Of a stretch of DNA of 64,000 bases, positions 1-12,218 are shown in pieces. The position numbers and the translations under genes were made by a program. Source of the DNA: Octopus bimaculoides (taxonomy: Eukaryota); assembly GCF_001194135.2 (NCBI RefSeq), contig NC_068985.1:112410391-112474390 (forward strand), written 5' to 3'. Position 1 is the first letter of the stretch; each line of letters starts with the position of its first letter. The notes beneath the pieces are model-generated. The model saw only the letters and a program-made list of their open reading frames with translations. It was not told the origin of the DNA and did no database searches.

Positions 1-46
1 ACACAACCATGCCACACCTATAATACATACACACATATATATCTTT

Positions 47-852
47 TATCTTCTACTTGCTCCAGTCATTTGACTGCAGCCATACTAGGGGCACTTGAAG
101 GGTTTTAATCAAACAAATCAACAAGACTTATATTTTTGAGTCTGGTACATACTCTATCAGTCTCTTTTGCTGAACTGCTAAGGTACAGGGCCATAAACAC
201 ACCAACACCGGTTGTCAAGTGATAGTGGGGGAGACAAAGACATGCACACATAGCTATTTATTGTTGTTGGCACTCCGTCGCTTACAACGTCGAGGGTTCC
301 AGTTGATCCGATCAACGGAACAGCCTGCTCGTGAAATTAACGTGCAAGTGGCTGAGCACTCCACAGACACGTGTACCCTTAACATAGTTCTCGGGGAGAT
401 TCAGCGTGACACAGTGTGACAAGGCTGACCCTTTGAACTACAGGCACAACAGAAACAGGAAGATAGAGTGAGAGGAAGTTGTGGTGAAAGAGTACAGCAG
501 GGTTCGCCACCATCTGCTGCCGGAGCCTCGTGGAGCTTTAGGTGTTTTCGCTCAATAAACACTCACAACGCCCGGTCTGGGAATCGAAACCGTGATCCTA
601 TGACCATGAGTCCACTGCCCCAACTACTGGGCCATTGCGCCTCCACTTAGCTATTTATATATATATGTGCATATATATATATACACACACACGATGTGCT
701 CCTTTCAGTTTCCATCTACCAAATCCATTCACAAGTCTTTTGTTGGTGCAAGGTTACAGGAGAAGACACTTGCCCAGAATGCCATGCAGTGGGACTGAAC
801 CTGGAATCATGTGGTCGGGAAGCAAACTTCTTACCACACAACCACGTCACAC
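47..852 (-). mobile_element. tRNA-derived SINE family A, split by a family C insertion
   Basis: 3' half at 47-250 (cagtcatttgactgcagccat...) and 5' half at 690-852 (ctttcagtttccatctacc...accacacaaccac) match the many other family A copies. Confidence 0.75.
261..645 (-). mobile_element. tRNA-derived SINE family C (tRNA-Arg-like head), full length
   Basis: Reverse complement begins TGGAGGCGCAATGGCCCAGTAGTTG and has a B-box-like GGTTTCGATTCC; ends ...GCCAACAACAA. Homologous to 12219-12523, 39534-39815 and 54183-54490. Confidence 0.85.
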
Positions 853-1282
853 CTATAATATATGTGTGTGAGTGTGTGTTCTTTTATAACAATGAAAGCA
901 TTGCCTTACTGGGTTTGAGCAGTTATTTTACAAAATGATAATTTCTGATAAAGTCCAGAATAAAAGAAACACACACCCCAACCACGACAATCACAGCTTT
1001 TCAACTAGAATCTATTTATAAGACTGTTAGCTAATTGTGTTAGGTAACAACAGAATTAAATATGTCAGTATAACCCCTGTGTCATCATATTTGCAGGCAC
1101 AAGCTTGACTGTTGTGTCAGTTCAGAAAGCCAGGTTGTGTAAACAACCTGAAAAGCAGGATGAAATTTTCCCAAAACAATATTACACACAAAAAAATAAA
1201 TAAAATAAATAAATAAAAAATAAAGTAAAAAAAACAACAACTTTGCTTTAGACATTACTGCCACTTGACTAAGATATATATC

Positions 1283-2130
1283 TTTTACTTTTAACATGTA
1301 TCAGTCATTAAATTGCGGCCATGCTGGGGCACCGCCTTGAAGGGCTTACTTGAACAAATCATTCCTGGTACTTTTTTTTTGTTGTTGTTTTTTTCTAAAG
1401 CCTGGCGCTTAACTATCAGTCTGTTTTGCTGGATTGCTAGGTTACAGGGATGTAAAAACACCAACACCCATTGTCAAGTAGTGATGTGAAGAACAAACAC
1501 ACACACACATAAATGACAAGCTTCTCTTAGTTTCCTATTTCTTTACTGCCCACAAGGGACTACACACAGAGGGGACAAACAAGGACAGACAAACAGATTA
1601 AGTCAATTATATCGACTCCAATGCATAACTGGTACTTATTTAATTGACCCAGAAAGGATGAAAGGCAAAGTCGACCTTGGCGGAGTTTGAACTCAGAACA
1701 TAGCGGCAGACGAAATACCGCTAAGCATTTCATCCGGCGTGCTAACGTTTCTGCCAGATCGTCTCTCAGTTTCCATCCATCAAATCCACTCAGGTTGGTC
1801 TGAGGCTATCGTAGAAGACACTTGCCCAGGCTGCCACACAGTGGGACTGAACCTAGGACCATGTGGTTGGGAAGCAAGCTTGTTACCATGCAGCTATGTC
1901 TGTGCCTATCATCATCATCGTCGTTTAAAGTCCGCTTTCCATGCTAGCATGGTTTGGACGATTTGACTGAGGACTGGTGAAACCAGATGGCTACACCAGG
2001 CTCCAATCTGATTTGGCAGAGTTTCCACAGCTGGATGCCCTTCCTAACGCCAACCACTCAGAGAGTGTAGTGGGTGCTTTTACGTGCCACCGGCACGAAG
2101 GCCAGTCAGGCGGTACTGGCAACGACCATG
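1283..2130 (-). mobile_element. Nested SINE cluster (family A with family B inserted at ~1540-1755, followed by family D)
   Basis: Each block matches copies elsewhere in the window; family D is recognised by its (ATG)n tail and ggttggcgttaggaagggcatccagctg core. Confidence 0.7.
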
Positions 2131-3099
2131 TATGCATATATCATCGTCATCATTTAACATTTATTTTCCATGCTGACATGGGTTAAATGGTTTGACAGGA
2201 GTTGGCTAGGCAGAAGTCTGCACCAGGCCTCACTGTTTTGGCAATGGTTGGATGCCCTTTCTATCACCAATCACCCCACAGAGTAAACTGAGGACTTTTG
2301 GGGTTTTACATCTGGATGCCCTTCCAAATGCCAACTACTTCATAGTGTGGACTGGATGCTTTTTATGTGGCACCACCACTGGTAGGGGTCACCAAGTAAC
2401 TAACAATAAATATGTGTGTGTGCATGTGTGTTTGTTCCCAGCCAGCACTTGATATATATTTCATGGAATTGTCTGTGTGCTGTCGAAGGAGGGCGAATGA
2501 ACACCCTGCCAAACTGCCCTTCGAATACTCGCTGGTAGGCACTAACAGCCAATGCCAGCTAACTGTCACATGACACAATCTAAGTTTCAACTGACCAATG
2601 GAGGGAAAGGGCGCGTGGTTTTGACCTGAGCCCTCTCTAGACCTACCTTCCAACAGAGCCATGTTAGTTTTAGTCACAGTAGCCAGAGTTGACTAGCTGT
2701 CTAGTGGTTCAAGCCTTCAAACTATTGGAGAGAAGGGTATGCAATGAATGAGATGGTTCCCTTGGCCCACCTGTCAAGCAGCAATGCAGTTTTCAAGTGC
2801 CAGCCAGCCTCACATAGCAACATTATTTCCCAGTCGGCATGTTATGGCTTTCGAGCCATTTTGGGTCTTCTTGTTTCAGCCATATATAGAAGCTGGGGGG
2901 AAATAACTGTGTGAGATATAGATATGTGATATTAATTACACTGACCCCAGTGCTCAACTGGTACTTATTTTATTAACCCCAAAAGGATGAAAGGTGAACT
3001 CAACCTCAGCAGAATTTTAACTCAGAACATAAAGAAGAGTGAAATGCTGCTGAACATTTTGCCTGGGATGCCAATGATTCTGTCAGCACACCATCTTAG

Positions 3100-3700
3100 A
3101 TAGATATATATTAACAGTTATGTAGACAGGGAAGATGTGTGCATGGGATACATATACAATATTAACAGATGTATATACAGAAAAGATGTATGGGATAGAT
3201 ATACAATATTAACATATGTGTATATGGAGAAGATGACTTTATTAGGACAATCATAACGTGGACAGTTGGGTGATACCTATATTAAAATGTGGACAGTTGG
3301 GTGATACCTATATTAAAATAGACATGTAATATTGATAGATGTGTGTAGGAGAAGATTTCTAAACTAGGACAGACATGGTACAAACAGATGCACACAGGAG
3401 AAATAACTGTATTAGCACAGATATATGATCTGAACAGATGGGTACAGGAGAGATGTTGTTATCAAGATAGATAAGTAATTCAAACAGGGATGTACATGAG
3501 AAACATCTGTATTAGAATAGTTGTGTGATATATACAGATATATTTGCACAAGTCAAGTGGTATGAACAGATTATATAGAGGAGAGATGAATTTTGGTGTA
3601 GATGATATTAACAGCTGAGTACAAGGGAGATGACTGTTGGTATAAGCATGTGACATAGACAATGGGTGCAAAGAAGATGGCTGCATCTGTCTGTTTAACA
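3100..3700. repeat. Degenerate ~45-50-bp tandem repeat with an internal 30-bp exact duplication
   Basis: Recurring gatagatatacaatattaacagatgt...gaagatg units; gtggacagttgggtgatacctatattaaaa occurs twice at ~3258-3319. Confidence 0.55.
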
Positions 3701-3779
3701 TTAATTTCTCCATGCTCGCATGGAATGTGCCAGTATATATATATATAAATTTAAAAGCCTGATTTTATGTTTTTTACAT

Positions 3780-3969
3780 CAGCGGTCCGCAACCTTTTTT
3801 CCACTTGCGGTACACTTGTATGTTTTTTCAAAATTCGACGGCACACCTGAACTAAAGATACAACTAAAAGTATAGGGAAAAAAAGATTATATTTAGATTA
3901 CACTGCAGAACACTTAGCATCGCCTCATGGCACACCAGTGTACCACAGCACACCGGTTGCAGAGCACTG
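3780..3969. mobile_element. hAT-type MITE (diverged)
   Basis: Imperfect TIR CAGCGGTCCGCAACC / GGTTGCAGAGCACTG; partial 8-bp flanks ttttacat / ccctacat. Confidence 0.55.
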
Positions 3970-4648
3970 CCCTACATTATACTTCTATGTAATTGATTAG
4001 CAAATGAACTGATAGCGGGGTCCATAAGAGGAGCTAGATGTGAAAGCTGAATGTTTCTCAAGGCTGTGTGATGAAGAAGTTTACTTCCCAGCTATGTGCT
4101 TTCAGGTTCATGTCCTACTGTGCAAACCCTTGCACATGTCTTCTTTTATAGCCCCAGGGTCAACCATAGCCTTGTGAGTGGATCTGGTGAAAGGAAACTG
4201 TTGTATAGTGAAACTGTATATCCCGCCCAGTAAAAAGTGGTAGGAGCCAGCCATTATAAATAGACCAGTAGCCGGTCATTAAGAGAGGGTTGAGAGAAGG
4301 AGAGTTGAGAATCAATAGTTCCAGTTGGTGCCTTGTGGAGCTCTCAGCGATAAGACAAAAGAAGTTAGTGTATCACTGGTATGAAGAGATAGAACAGTAT
4401 CCGATTACTAGTAACTATTGTGGCTACTTGTGTAAACAGCAACTACAGTACAACGGCAGTCATACATCACACCGGTGGGAGGAAACCACTTTACAACAGA
4501 AGCTGAAGGAGGCACTATCTTTTGTGTGTCTGAGTGAGAGTGTTTGTATCTCCTTGTGTCTCTCAAGACTGTGCAACAGTAACCCAGTGTTATCATCATA
4601 TATATATGCGGGTGACACATATACATATATCATCATATATATATATAT

Positions 4649-4834
4649 GGGTGGCACGTAAAAGCACCCACTACACTCTCTGAGTGGTTGGCGTTAGGAA
4701 GGGCATCCAGCTGTAGAAACTCTGCCAAATCAGATTGGAGCCTGGTGTAGCCATCTGGTTCACCAGTCCTCAGTCAAATGGTTCAACCCATACTAGCATG
4801 GAAAGCGGACGTTAAATGATGATGATGATGATGA
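4649..4834 (+). mobile_element. SINE family D with (ATG)n tail
   Basis: gtggcacgtaaaagcacc...ggttggcgttaggaagggcatccagctgtagaaac...gcatggaaagcggacgttaaatgatgatg; related copies at ~1910-2130, 30040-30205, 35570-35700 and 46855-47005. Confidence 0.75.
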
Positions 4835-5539
4835 TCTAATTCATGCTACCATGGAGTGGGTGGGTGGAGGAACTTAAAAACAAATAAGCAAAATAATATA
4901 CATGCTGTACAGTAGGATTGAACCTGAACCTACATGGATGCAAAGCAAGCTTCTTAACTGCTATATCTAGAACAAAGTCATCTAAGGTATTCTTCTTTTC
5001 AAGAAGGTCAAATGTGATTTGAAGGAGATTTAGCTACTATTTCCACCAGGTCAAGTAGCCAAATAAAGGTCCTGTTATGTATCATCTATTATGTTGTGTG
5101 TATGTATGTGACACAGTGTCTGTTGTCAGTCATGGCTACATGTTGTACCATGTCTTTAGTGAGTGTTGCTGGAGTAAGTAAGATTTGCTAGTAGTGGGGG
5201 GGGGGGTTGACCTGTTTGACTAAACTCTTCAAGGTGGTGCCCCAGTATGGCTGCAGTCCAATGAGTGAAACGCGTAATAGGTAGAAGACATAAGGAAAAA
5301 AACAGAGGATTCCCACAATTGAAATGCTGTTCATTGTAGGTTCACTTAATTAGAGTTGAGCTTGGGTTAAACAACAGCACACAGCAGACATAAACACACA
5401 CCCAAGTCACACACACACACACACACACAAACACACACATTGTATTTTCTGGAATACAAGCTGACATAGTTTCTGTATCTGGTTTGCAAAACTCTTTGTT
5501 AATTTGTGTGTTGAAACAGTGTATGCTAATAATCTTTTC

Positions 5540-5975
5540 TACTCTAGGCACAAGGCCCAAAATTTTGGGGGAGAGAGCCAGTTGATTAGATCGACCCCAG
5601 TATGCAACAGGTACTTAAGTTACTGACCCCAAAAGGATGAAAGGTAAAGTCGACCTTGGCAGAATTTGAAGTCAGAATGTAAGCATTTCGTCCAGCATGC
5701 TAATGTTTCTTATTTCTTTACAGCCCACAAGGGGCTAAACATAGAGGGGACAAACAAGGGCAGACAAACGGATTAAGTCGATTATATCGACCCCAGTGCG
5801 TAACTGGTACTTAATTTATCGACCCCGAAAGGATGAAAGGTAAAGTTGACCTCGGCGGAATTTGAATTCAGAACGTAGCGGCAGATGAAATACTGCTAAG
5901 CATTTCGCCTGGCATGCTAATGTTTTTTTATTTCTTTACTGCCCACAAGGGGCTACACACAGAGGGGACAAACAA
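5540..5975 (-). mobile_element. Tandem partial copies of SINE family B
   Basis: Repeated gaccccgaaaggatgaaaggtaaagtcgacc...gaatttgaa...agcatttcg blocks. Confidence 0.7.
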
Positions 5976-6070
5976 AGACAGTTTACCAGTTTTCAGTCAA
6001 ACCATCCAACCCATGCCAGCATGGAAAACAGACGTTAAATGACAATGATGATGATAATGCTAAGTTAACC

Positions 6071-6337
6071 CAGTGGTTCCCAAACTTTTCCAGGTTACTA
6101 CCCCACTTGGTTCTCAGGCCATATTCCAAGTGCCCCCACCCCAACACACACCATAACAGACATAGACCATTTTCTGCAGCAAATTCAAAACAACAGTATT
6201 TCACAAATAAAACCTTTTTTTTTCACATCCATTGCCCAGTTTTGGTCACTTCATTATCGTCCCATTTTTCTTCAACACCCACCTGGATCTTTCCACTGCC
6301 CCCAGGGGGTTGGCACCACCCAGTTTGGGAACCACTG
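6071..6337. mobile_element. hAT-type MITE, intact
   Basis: Perfect 16-bp TIR CAGTGGTTCCCAAACT / AGTTTGGGAACCACTG and perfect 8-bp TSD AGTTAACC at 6063-6070 and 6338-6345. Confidence 0.92.
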
Positions 6338-6460
6338 AGTTAACCTACTGCTTTGTGCTGTAAATTTTGGTTTGGTAAGTTCGACTTGTATGCTGGAAAA
6401 ACATGGTACACACACACATGTATGATACGAAGATACAAACGAAGATACAAACTAACTTAC

Positions 6461-6591
6461 TTTACGATATCTGTGTGTCCGTTCCTGGCAGCTAAATGGA
6501 GGCAAGTGGTATGTTCATTATCAACCATGTCGTCTGCCTGGTCCTTCAAAAGTTCTTGACATTGACTGCTTTTTATAAGGAGTTCCACCAC
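6461..6591 (-). CDS. CASKIN: Caskin-like exon D (131 nt), not shown in the ORF track
   Basis: Acceptor tttctttccag|GTG, donor AA|gtaagt. Encodes VVELLIKSSQCQELLKDQADDMVDNEHTTCLHLAARNGHTDIV(K), compared with CASKIN VVQLLLSSNMCAALLE...GTSPLHLAAKNGHIDII. In frame with exon C. Confidence 0.95.
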
Positions 6592-8451
6592 CTGGAAAGA
6601 AACCAATTCTTAGGAATATATATCAAAGGACTAGAGAGTAATATTACATATAATTAAATAGGCAACATTTCACTTTATGAAGTAAGAACCTTGCGTTTAA
6701 CTCTTTCATGACCATATTTCTTTGTTTCAATTACTTTTGAAAATGATGAAGAATTTAGTAGAGTAACTTTGGTTGAAGTAGCCACAGGTCATCAGGTGAG
6801 AATATATGCTGTTTCTGAGTTTTTGATTAGCCCTTGTGGCTAATCTACATGAAATAGAGAATGTATGCTGTTTCAGGGCCTACTCCTTGACAGCATCAAT
6901 GCACACCAGCCCCCACTGACTGATATGAGGCCCCGCTTGCTAAATCAACTGGTTATCAAATAAAGCTCAATATTTCTCTAGCCATCGCTCATCGTCTCTT
7001 TTTAACCAAATCCAGTGGCTAGCCTTCTCCCCTATAGTTTGGATATCGGTCATGGTGGTATTTACTTTGCGATGCAGTCGTCTCACACTGTGTCCAACAA
7101 ACCCTCTACATCCGACTTCATTCAAAACATTTAGGACATTCAGGGCTATAGTGGAAAACACAGGACAAAATAGGGCTGCACATTGATACTGACCCAGAAA
7201 CCATGTGGTTGCAAAACAAACTTTTTAACACAACTATGCCTTATACATAATTATATCTTTTATTCTTTACTTCTTTCAGTCCGCTGTGTCCATGCTGGGG
7301 CACCACGCTGAATTTTATGTGAACTAATTATTTTTTTGTAAGGTCTGGTACATAAACACAGAGTGTTTATGCATATATGTATATACGCAAACACACACAC
7401 ACACACACACGATGAACTTCTTTCAGTTTCTGTCTATCAGATCCAGTTATAAAGCTTTGGTGGGCCCAAATCTGTAGTAGAAGACACTTGCCCAAGGTGC
7501 CACACAGTGGGACTGAACAGGGAACCATTTGGTCGGGAAGCCAGTTTCTTACCACACACTCACGCCTTCGCCTATGTACATATAAAACATTTTGTGTGTG
7601 TGTGTGTGTGTGTACCTATACATACCCACACACATAAATTATTGCATATCTATCTATCTATATATATATATATAATTTTATGTGTAAATATATACATTTT
7701 CACTGTCGACAATATCTGTCCTTCGAAAAGTAGAAATATTTTTTCGACTTAAATCTTTGGAATATAACCTTCATTATACGCAATATGACTTTCGTTAATC
7801 TTTGTTTATATGTCTATTAGCGTGTTTGTGTGTATACGCATACACAAACATTACACAAAACACACACACGCACTCACTCATATATATACATGTTCTGGCG
7901 CTTCGTAGTCTTTGTTTACAATCTGTTAGATAACAACAATTGCATCCATAACTGAAAAAACAATTAACTATTCGTTGTTCTATAGATTTCACAAAGGACA
8001 CTAGTTATTAAAGGTGCAGCTCCTTTGCTGCGAGGAAAGTTTCGAAAGAGGATACGTAACAAACCTTGGCTGAAATAGGGATCATTGTAAAATAATTACT
8101 GGGAGTAACAAGGGAGGTAATTGTGAGGAGTTATTTCCCTTGCAACAAATTGGCGAGGGTGAAATATTTGTTGTTGGATTAAAAATAAAAAAAATTCCCT
8201 TTCTCTTTCCTGTTTTAATTAATAGAAAGGGCAAATTGAATAATGTCGAGCAATTCACAGCTTTACTAAGTTCTAATAGATATCATTAGGAATCGAAATG
8301 CAACCAAGTAACAACTATAGTTATTCTTCATAATCGTTTCTAATTTAGGTATAAAAGTAAAGAGAGAGGGGAGGGTAGCATCAACCCCCTGTGCTTCACT
8401 GGTACTTTATATTATCGAACCTAAAGGGACGAAAGATAAAGTTGGTTTATC

Positions 8452-8495
<44 letters not shown>

Positions 8496-8917
8496 CCTTT
8501 CTACTATAAACGTAGGGCCTGAAATTTTGGGGCAGGGGCTAGTCAGTTTCATCATTCCCAACAATTATTTTATTGAACCCTTGAAAAGACAAAACACATG
8601 GTCGACCCCAGAAAATTTGAACATAAAGACAGAGGAAATGGGACAAAGCATTTTGTCTGACATGCTAATAAATCTGCTAGCTCACTGCTGTGATGATGAT
8701 GATGATGAAGAATATCCTTTCTTACTATAGGCCTAGGAGTGGCTGTGTGGTAAGTAGCTTGCTTACCAACCACATGGTCCTGGATTCAGTCCCCACTGTG
8801 TGGCACTTTGCTTGGGCAAGTGTCTTCTACTATAGCCTCGGGCCGAACAAAGCCTTGTGAGTGGATTTGGTACATTATTTACATTTGATAGCTATTTGTC
8901 CTCATCCTCTTTGTTTT

Positions 8918-8965
8918 AACACAACGTTTCGGCTGATATACCCTCCAGCCTTCATCAGGGGTCTT
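8918..8965 (-). ncRNA. Minimal type I hammerhead ribozyme motif (sense to host pre-mRNA)
   Basis: aagaccc-CUGAUGA-a-GGCUG-gagggtatat-CAGCC-GAAA-CG-UU|GUGUU; core intact, palindromic AACGUU stem III, one mismatch in stem I. Confidence 0.7.
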
Positions 8966-9016
8966 GGGGAAATTTCGAACCTGAGTTCTCCTTTCTAAGG
9001 TATTTTTCAAGTAAAA

Positions 9017-9318
9017 CCATCAATAGAAGAGAATATGACCAAAGACTGCGTGTACTCCATCCCATGCAGCAGTGGTAGGTTATACAAAAGTGAAACATGC
9101 CCCCCCCCTCAAAATAAGGGTACACGAACATTGCAAAGGTGTGACACAAGATATTGATAAATCGGGTATAGCTGATCATGTATGGGAAAATGGAGATCAC
9201 CTCCCCCTGTGAAGTGAAGTTAAAATAATAGATAGAGAACACCACTGGAAAATATGAAAACTAAAAGAAGCAGCTCATATGCTAGGACACAACAATCTCC
9301 TAAGGAGACCGAGTGCAG
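9017..9318 (+). pseudogene. Penelope GIY-YIG endonuclease remnant
   Basis: Translates PSIEENMTKDCVYSIPCSSGRLYKSETC/PLKIRVHEHCKGVTQDIDKSGIADHVWENGDHLPL*SEVKIIDREHHWKI*KLKEAAHMLGHNNLLRRPS. This fits the VYxIPCxCGxxYxGET...RxxEH...IADH...KIIDxE..LKEA pattern of Penelope EN; one frameshift in a poly-C run and two TGA stops. Confidence 0.85.
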
Positions 9319-9379
9319 CTAGGAAGGATACGAAAATATTACATTTATAAGCCCTAAAACTCCCTCCATAATTGTCCAC

Positions 9380-9450
9380 AGGCATATGGCGTAGTGGTTA
9401 AAAGCAAGGGTTACTAGCCTCAAGATTCTGAGTTCGATTCCAGGCCACTA
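9380..9450 (+). other. tRNA-like Pol III head (A and B boxes) inside the fold-back loop
   Basis: GGCATATGGCGTAGTGGTTAA...GAGTTCGATTCCAGG; homologous to 50877-50950; not a complete cloverleaf. Confidence 0.7.
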
Positions 9451-9779
9451 CCTGGAATTTCAGATCACTACCTGAATAATAACAACATCGCAAAATACCT
9501 TAGGAATGAGAACCCAGGTATGAAATTTCCCCAAGACACCTGATGAAGGCTGGAGGATATATCAGCCGAAACGTGTTAACAACAAATCAACTCACAAGGC
9601 TTTGGTTGCCCTAGAACTATAATAGAAGACACTTGCCCAAAGTGCCATGCAGTCAGACTGAACCCAAAACTATGTGGTTAAGAAGTAAACTTCTTACCAC
9701 ACAGCCACACTTGCACCTAAATGAAATAAAAATATTATGCCTCCACCATTCCAAACAAACAGTTTCTACATATTTTAAA

Positions 9780-9993
9780 CAGGGATGTGGAGTCGGAGTC
9801 GGTATAGTTTTACTGACTGATTCCGACTAACAATGTCTTTATTCTTTAATATAAACAAGTTATAATATATGGGCCTACTCAAAGTACAAGTGTACGCATA
9901 TGCTTTTAAAGATATGTAGCCTACAATCACTTAATTACATAAAGAGGAGTCAGAATCGGAGTCGAAGTTTTTTGTTTCAACTTCACAGCCCTG
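9780..9993. mobile_element. hAT-type MITE (GGAGTCGGAGTCG family)
   Basis: TIR CAGGGATGTGGAGT / ACTTCACAGCCCTG; 8-bp TSD ATTTTAAA / ATTTTAAT (7 of 8 match). Confidence 0.8.
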
Positions 9994-10668
9994 ATTTTAA
10001 TTGCCAACCTTCATCACCTCTGCACCGCTGGTCACTGCAATTAGCAGTGCAGCTGCACTTTGAAACAGGTCAAACCAGATTAACGGTGCAATGTAGGAAA
10101 TAGTAACTTAGTAACTCTCTTTCATCTAATTTTATTAAATATAAAGTGGAGAACTGAAAAAAACTATTAGAGTAACGGAAACAATGCTTTGTAGAAGTAC
10201 TTCTGACTCATTACACCCTGAATCCTAATTCCTTCAGGGCCAACTCTGCTTTTCATCCATCCGGAGTTGATAAAAATAAAATACCAGTCAAATACTAGGG
10301 TCAATGTAATTGACTTGCTCCTTCCGTTCCAAAATTAAGAAGTATTTTAAACAGGCACAGGCATGGCTGTGTAATAAGAAGCTTGCTTCCCAACCACATG
10401 AGGTTCTGAGTTCAGTCCCACTGCATGGAACCTTGGGCAAGTGCCTTTTACTATAGGCTCAGGCTGATTTAAAACGTCTGGATAGATAAAGTCGAAAGGA
10501 ACTTATAGAAAACAAGACAATGACATCAAAAGTTAGAGCAGCTTAAGTCAAATAATGCTTATAGAAAACACTAGTCACAATGATGTCACAAGTGAGGGTA
10601 GCTAAAGTCAAAAGGCACTTTGTCAGTGTAACTAAAATCAAAAGATGCTTATGGAAAACATGACCTAC

Positions 10669-10764
10669 CCGAAATCGACCGAATTCACAGGCTGAGTCTA
10701 TTGGTGTACGATGTGCGTTATTTACAATGCGTGGGTCAGCATGTTGCACCAATAACATGTTCAC
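10669..10764 (-). CDS. CASKIN: Caskin-like exon C (96 nt)
   Basis: Acceptor tctctttacag|GTG, donor CGG|gtaggt. Encodes VNMLLVQHADPRIVNNAHRTPIDSACEFGRFR, compared with CASKIN [32 protein letters not shown]. Phase 0 at both ends. Confidence 0.95.
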
Positions 10765-11525
10765 CTGTAAAGAGAAAGTAAAAAAAAAAGCATGAATTAG
10801 TATTAGTGTAATTAAAACATTAAGGGTCGGAGGTGGTTCTACAAGGATTCACAAATTAGAATAGGGTTTCATATATCACAGAAACAACAAAACAAGGGTC
10901 AATGTTTAATTTTTTAATTAAGCAAATTATACAGGCCAAAAATTATTTATGACGGTTTATCTTTCTATGCCTAAAATGCTTTGCCAGTAGATCAAGCAAA
11001 CTTGAGCAAACTATGTACTGTGATGATGAGGTCTAATGGGCTGGAACATTCTCATGATGGTCCCCTTTGTCTACAAAGATCAGACTTTCCTTCTCCTAAA
11101 CAATTATCATTATTATTACTGCTGCCTTCAAGGGTTTTAGTCGAGCAAATTGACCCCCAAGTCTTATTCTTTGTAAGCCTAGTACAGAATGTGATAAGGC
11201 TGGCCCTTTGAATTACAGGTACAACTCATTTTTGCCAGTTGAGTGGACTGGAGCAATGTGAAATAAAGTGTCTTGCTCAAGAAGACAATACATTTCCAGT
11301 TCTTTCTTGATTGTACCCTACTTTTCTATCTTGGCCCAAATTGTTTACTAATCATTGTGGAAGTCTTTCTGCCTGGCTTTTCCAATCTCTTGGGCACCAC
11401 TCGGCAACTGCATGCCCCCTCCACACCCTACATTGTCTGTGAGCCTTGCAGCTTGTCTGGTTTTAAGGAACTTTTGCATTCAGGATTCTGCAATCCATTT
11501 TCTCTGCTCCATAGTCAAATTACCT

Positions 11526-11762
11526 CCAGATTAACGGTGCAATGTAGGAAATAGTAACTTAGTAACTCTCTTTCATCTAATTTTATTAAATATAAAGTGG
11601 AGAACTGAAAAAAACTATTAGAGTAACGGAAACAATGCTTTGTAGAAGTACTTCTGACTCATTACACCCTGAATCCTAATTCCTTCAGGGCCAACTCTGC
11701 TTTTCATCCATCCGGAGTTGATAAAAATAAAATACCAGTCAAATACTAGGGTCAATGTAATT
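11526..11762 (+). repeat. Exact 237-bp duplicate of 10075-10311, ending at an N-gap
   Basis: Identical from ccagattaacgg to gtcaatgtaatt at an offset of 1451 bp. Confidence 0.9.
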
Positions 11763-12218
11763 NNNNNNNNNNNNNNNNNNNNNNNNNNNNNNNNNNNNNN
11801 NNNNNNNNNNNNNNNNNNNNNNNNNNNNNNNNNNNNNNNNNNNNNNNNNNNNNNNNNNNNNNNNNNNNNNNNNNNNNNNNNNNNNNNNNNNNNNNNNNNN
11901 NNNNNNNNNNNNNNNNNNNNNNNNNNNNNNNNNNNNNNNNNNNNNNNNNNNNNNNNNNNNNNNNNNNNNNNNNNNNNNNNNNNNNNNNNNNNNNNNNNNN
12001 NNNNNNNNNNNNNNNNNNNNNNNNNNNNNNNNNNNNNNNNNNNNNNNNNNNNNNNNNNNNNNNNNNNNNNNNNNNNNNNNNNNNNNNNNNNNNNNNNNNN
12101 NNNNNNNNNNNNNNNNNNNNNNNNNNNNNNNNNNNNNNNNNNNNNNNNNNNNNNNNNNNNNNNNNNNNNNNNNNNNNNNNNNNNNNNNNNNNNNNNNNNN
12201 NNNNNNNNNNNNNNNNNN

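Larger units (their letters stand above)
8871..9586. mobile_element. Penelope-like fold-back element: inverted terminus, GIY-YIG remnant, tRNA-like head, terminus
   Basis: Arm 8871-9008 is the reverse complement of ~9485-9586; the loop holds an endonuclease remnant and a Pol III-like head; arms are homologous to 50678-51108. Confidence 0.85.

Noticed and set aside
1085-1150. Acceptor-like tcctgcttttcag|GTTGTT as the next Caskin exon
   Set aside because: In the required phase-2 frame it reads (K)LFTQPGFLN* and does not resemble the expected LLxAGIDIN...GTALHEAA repeat.
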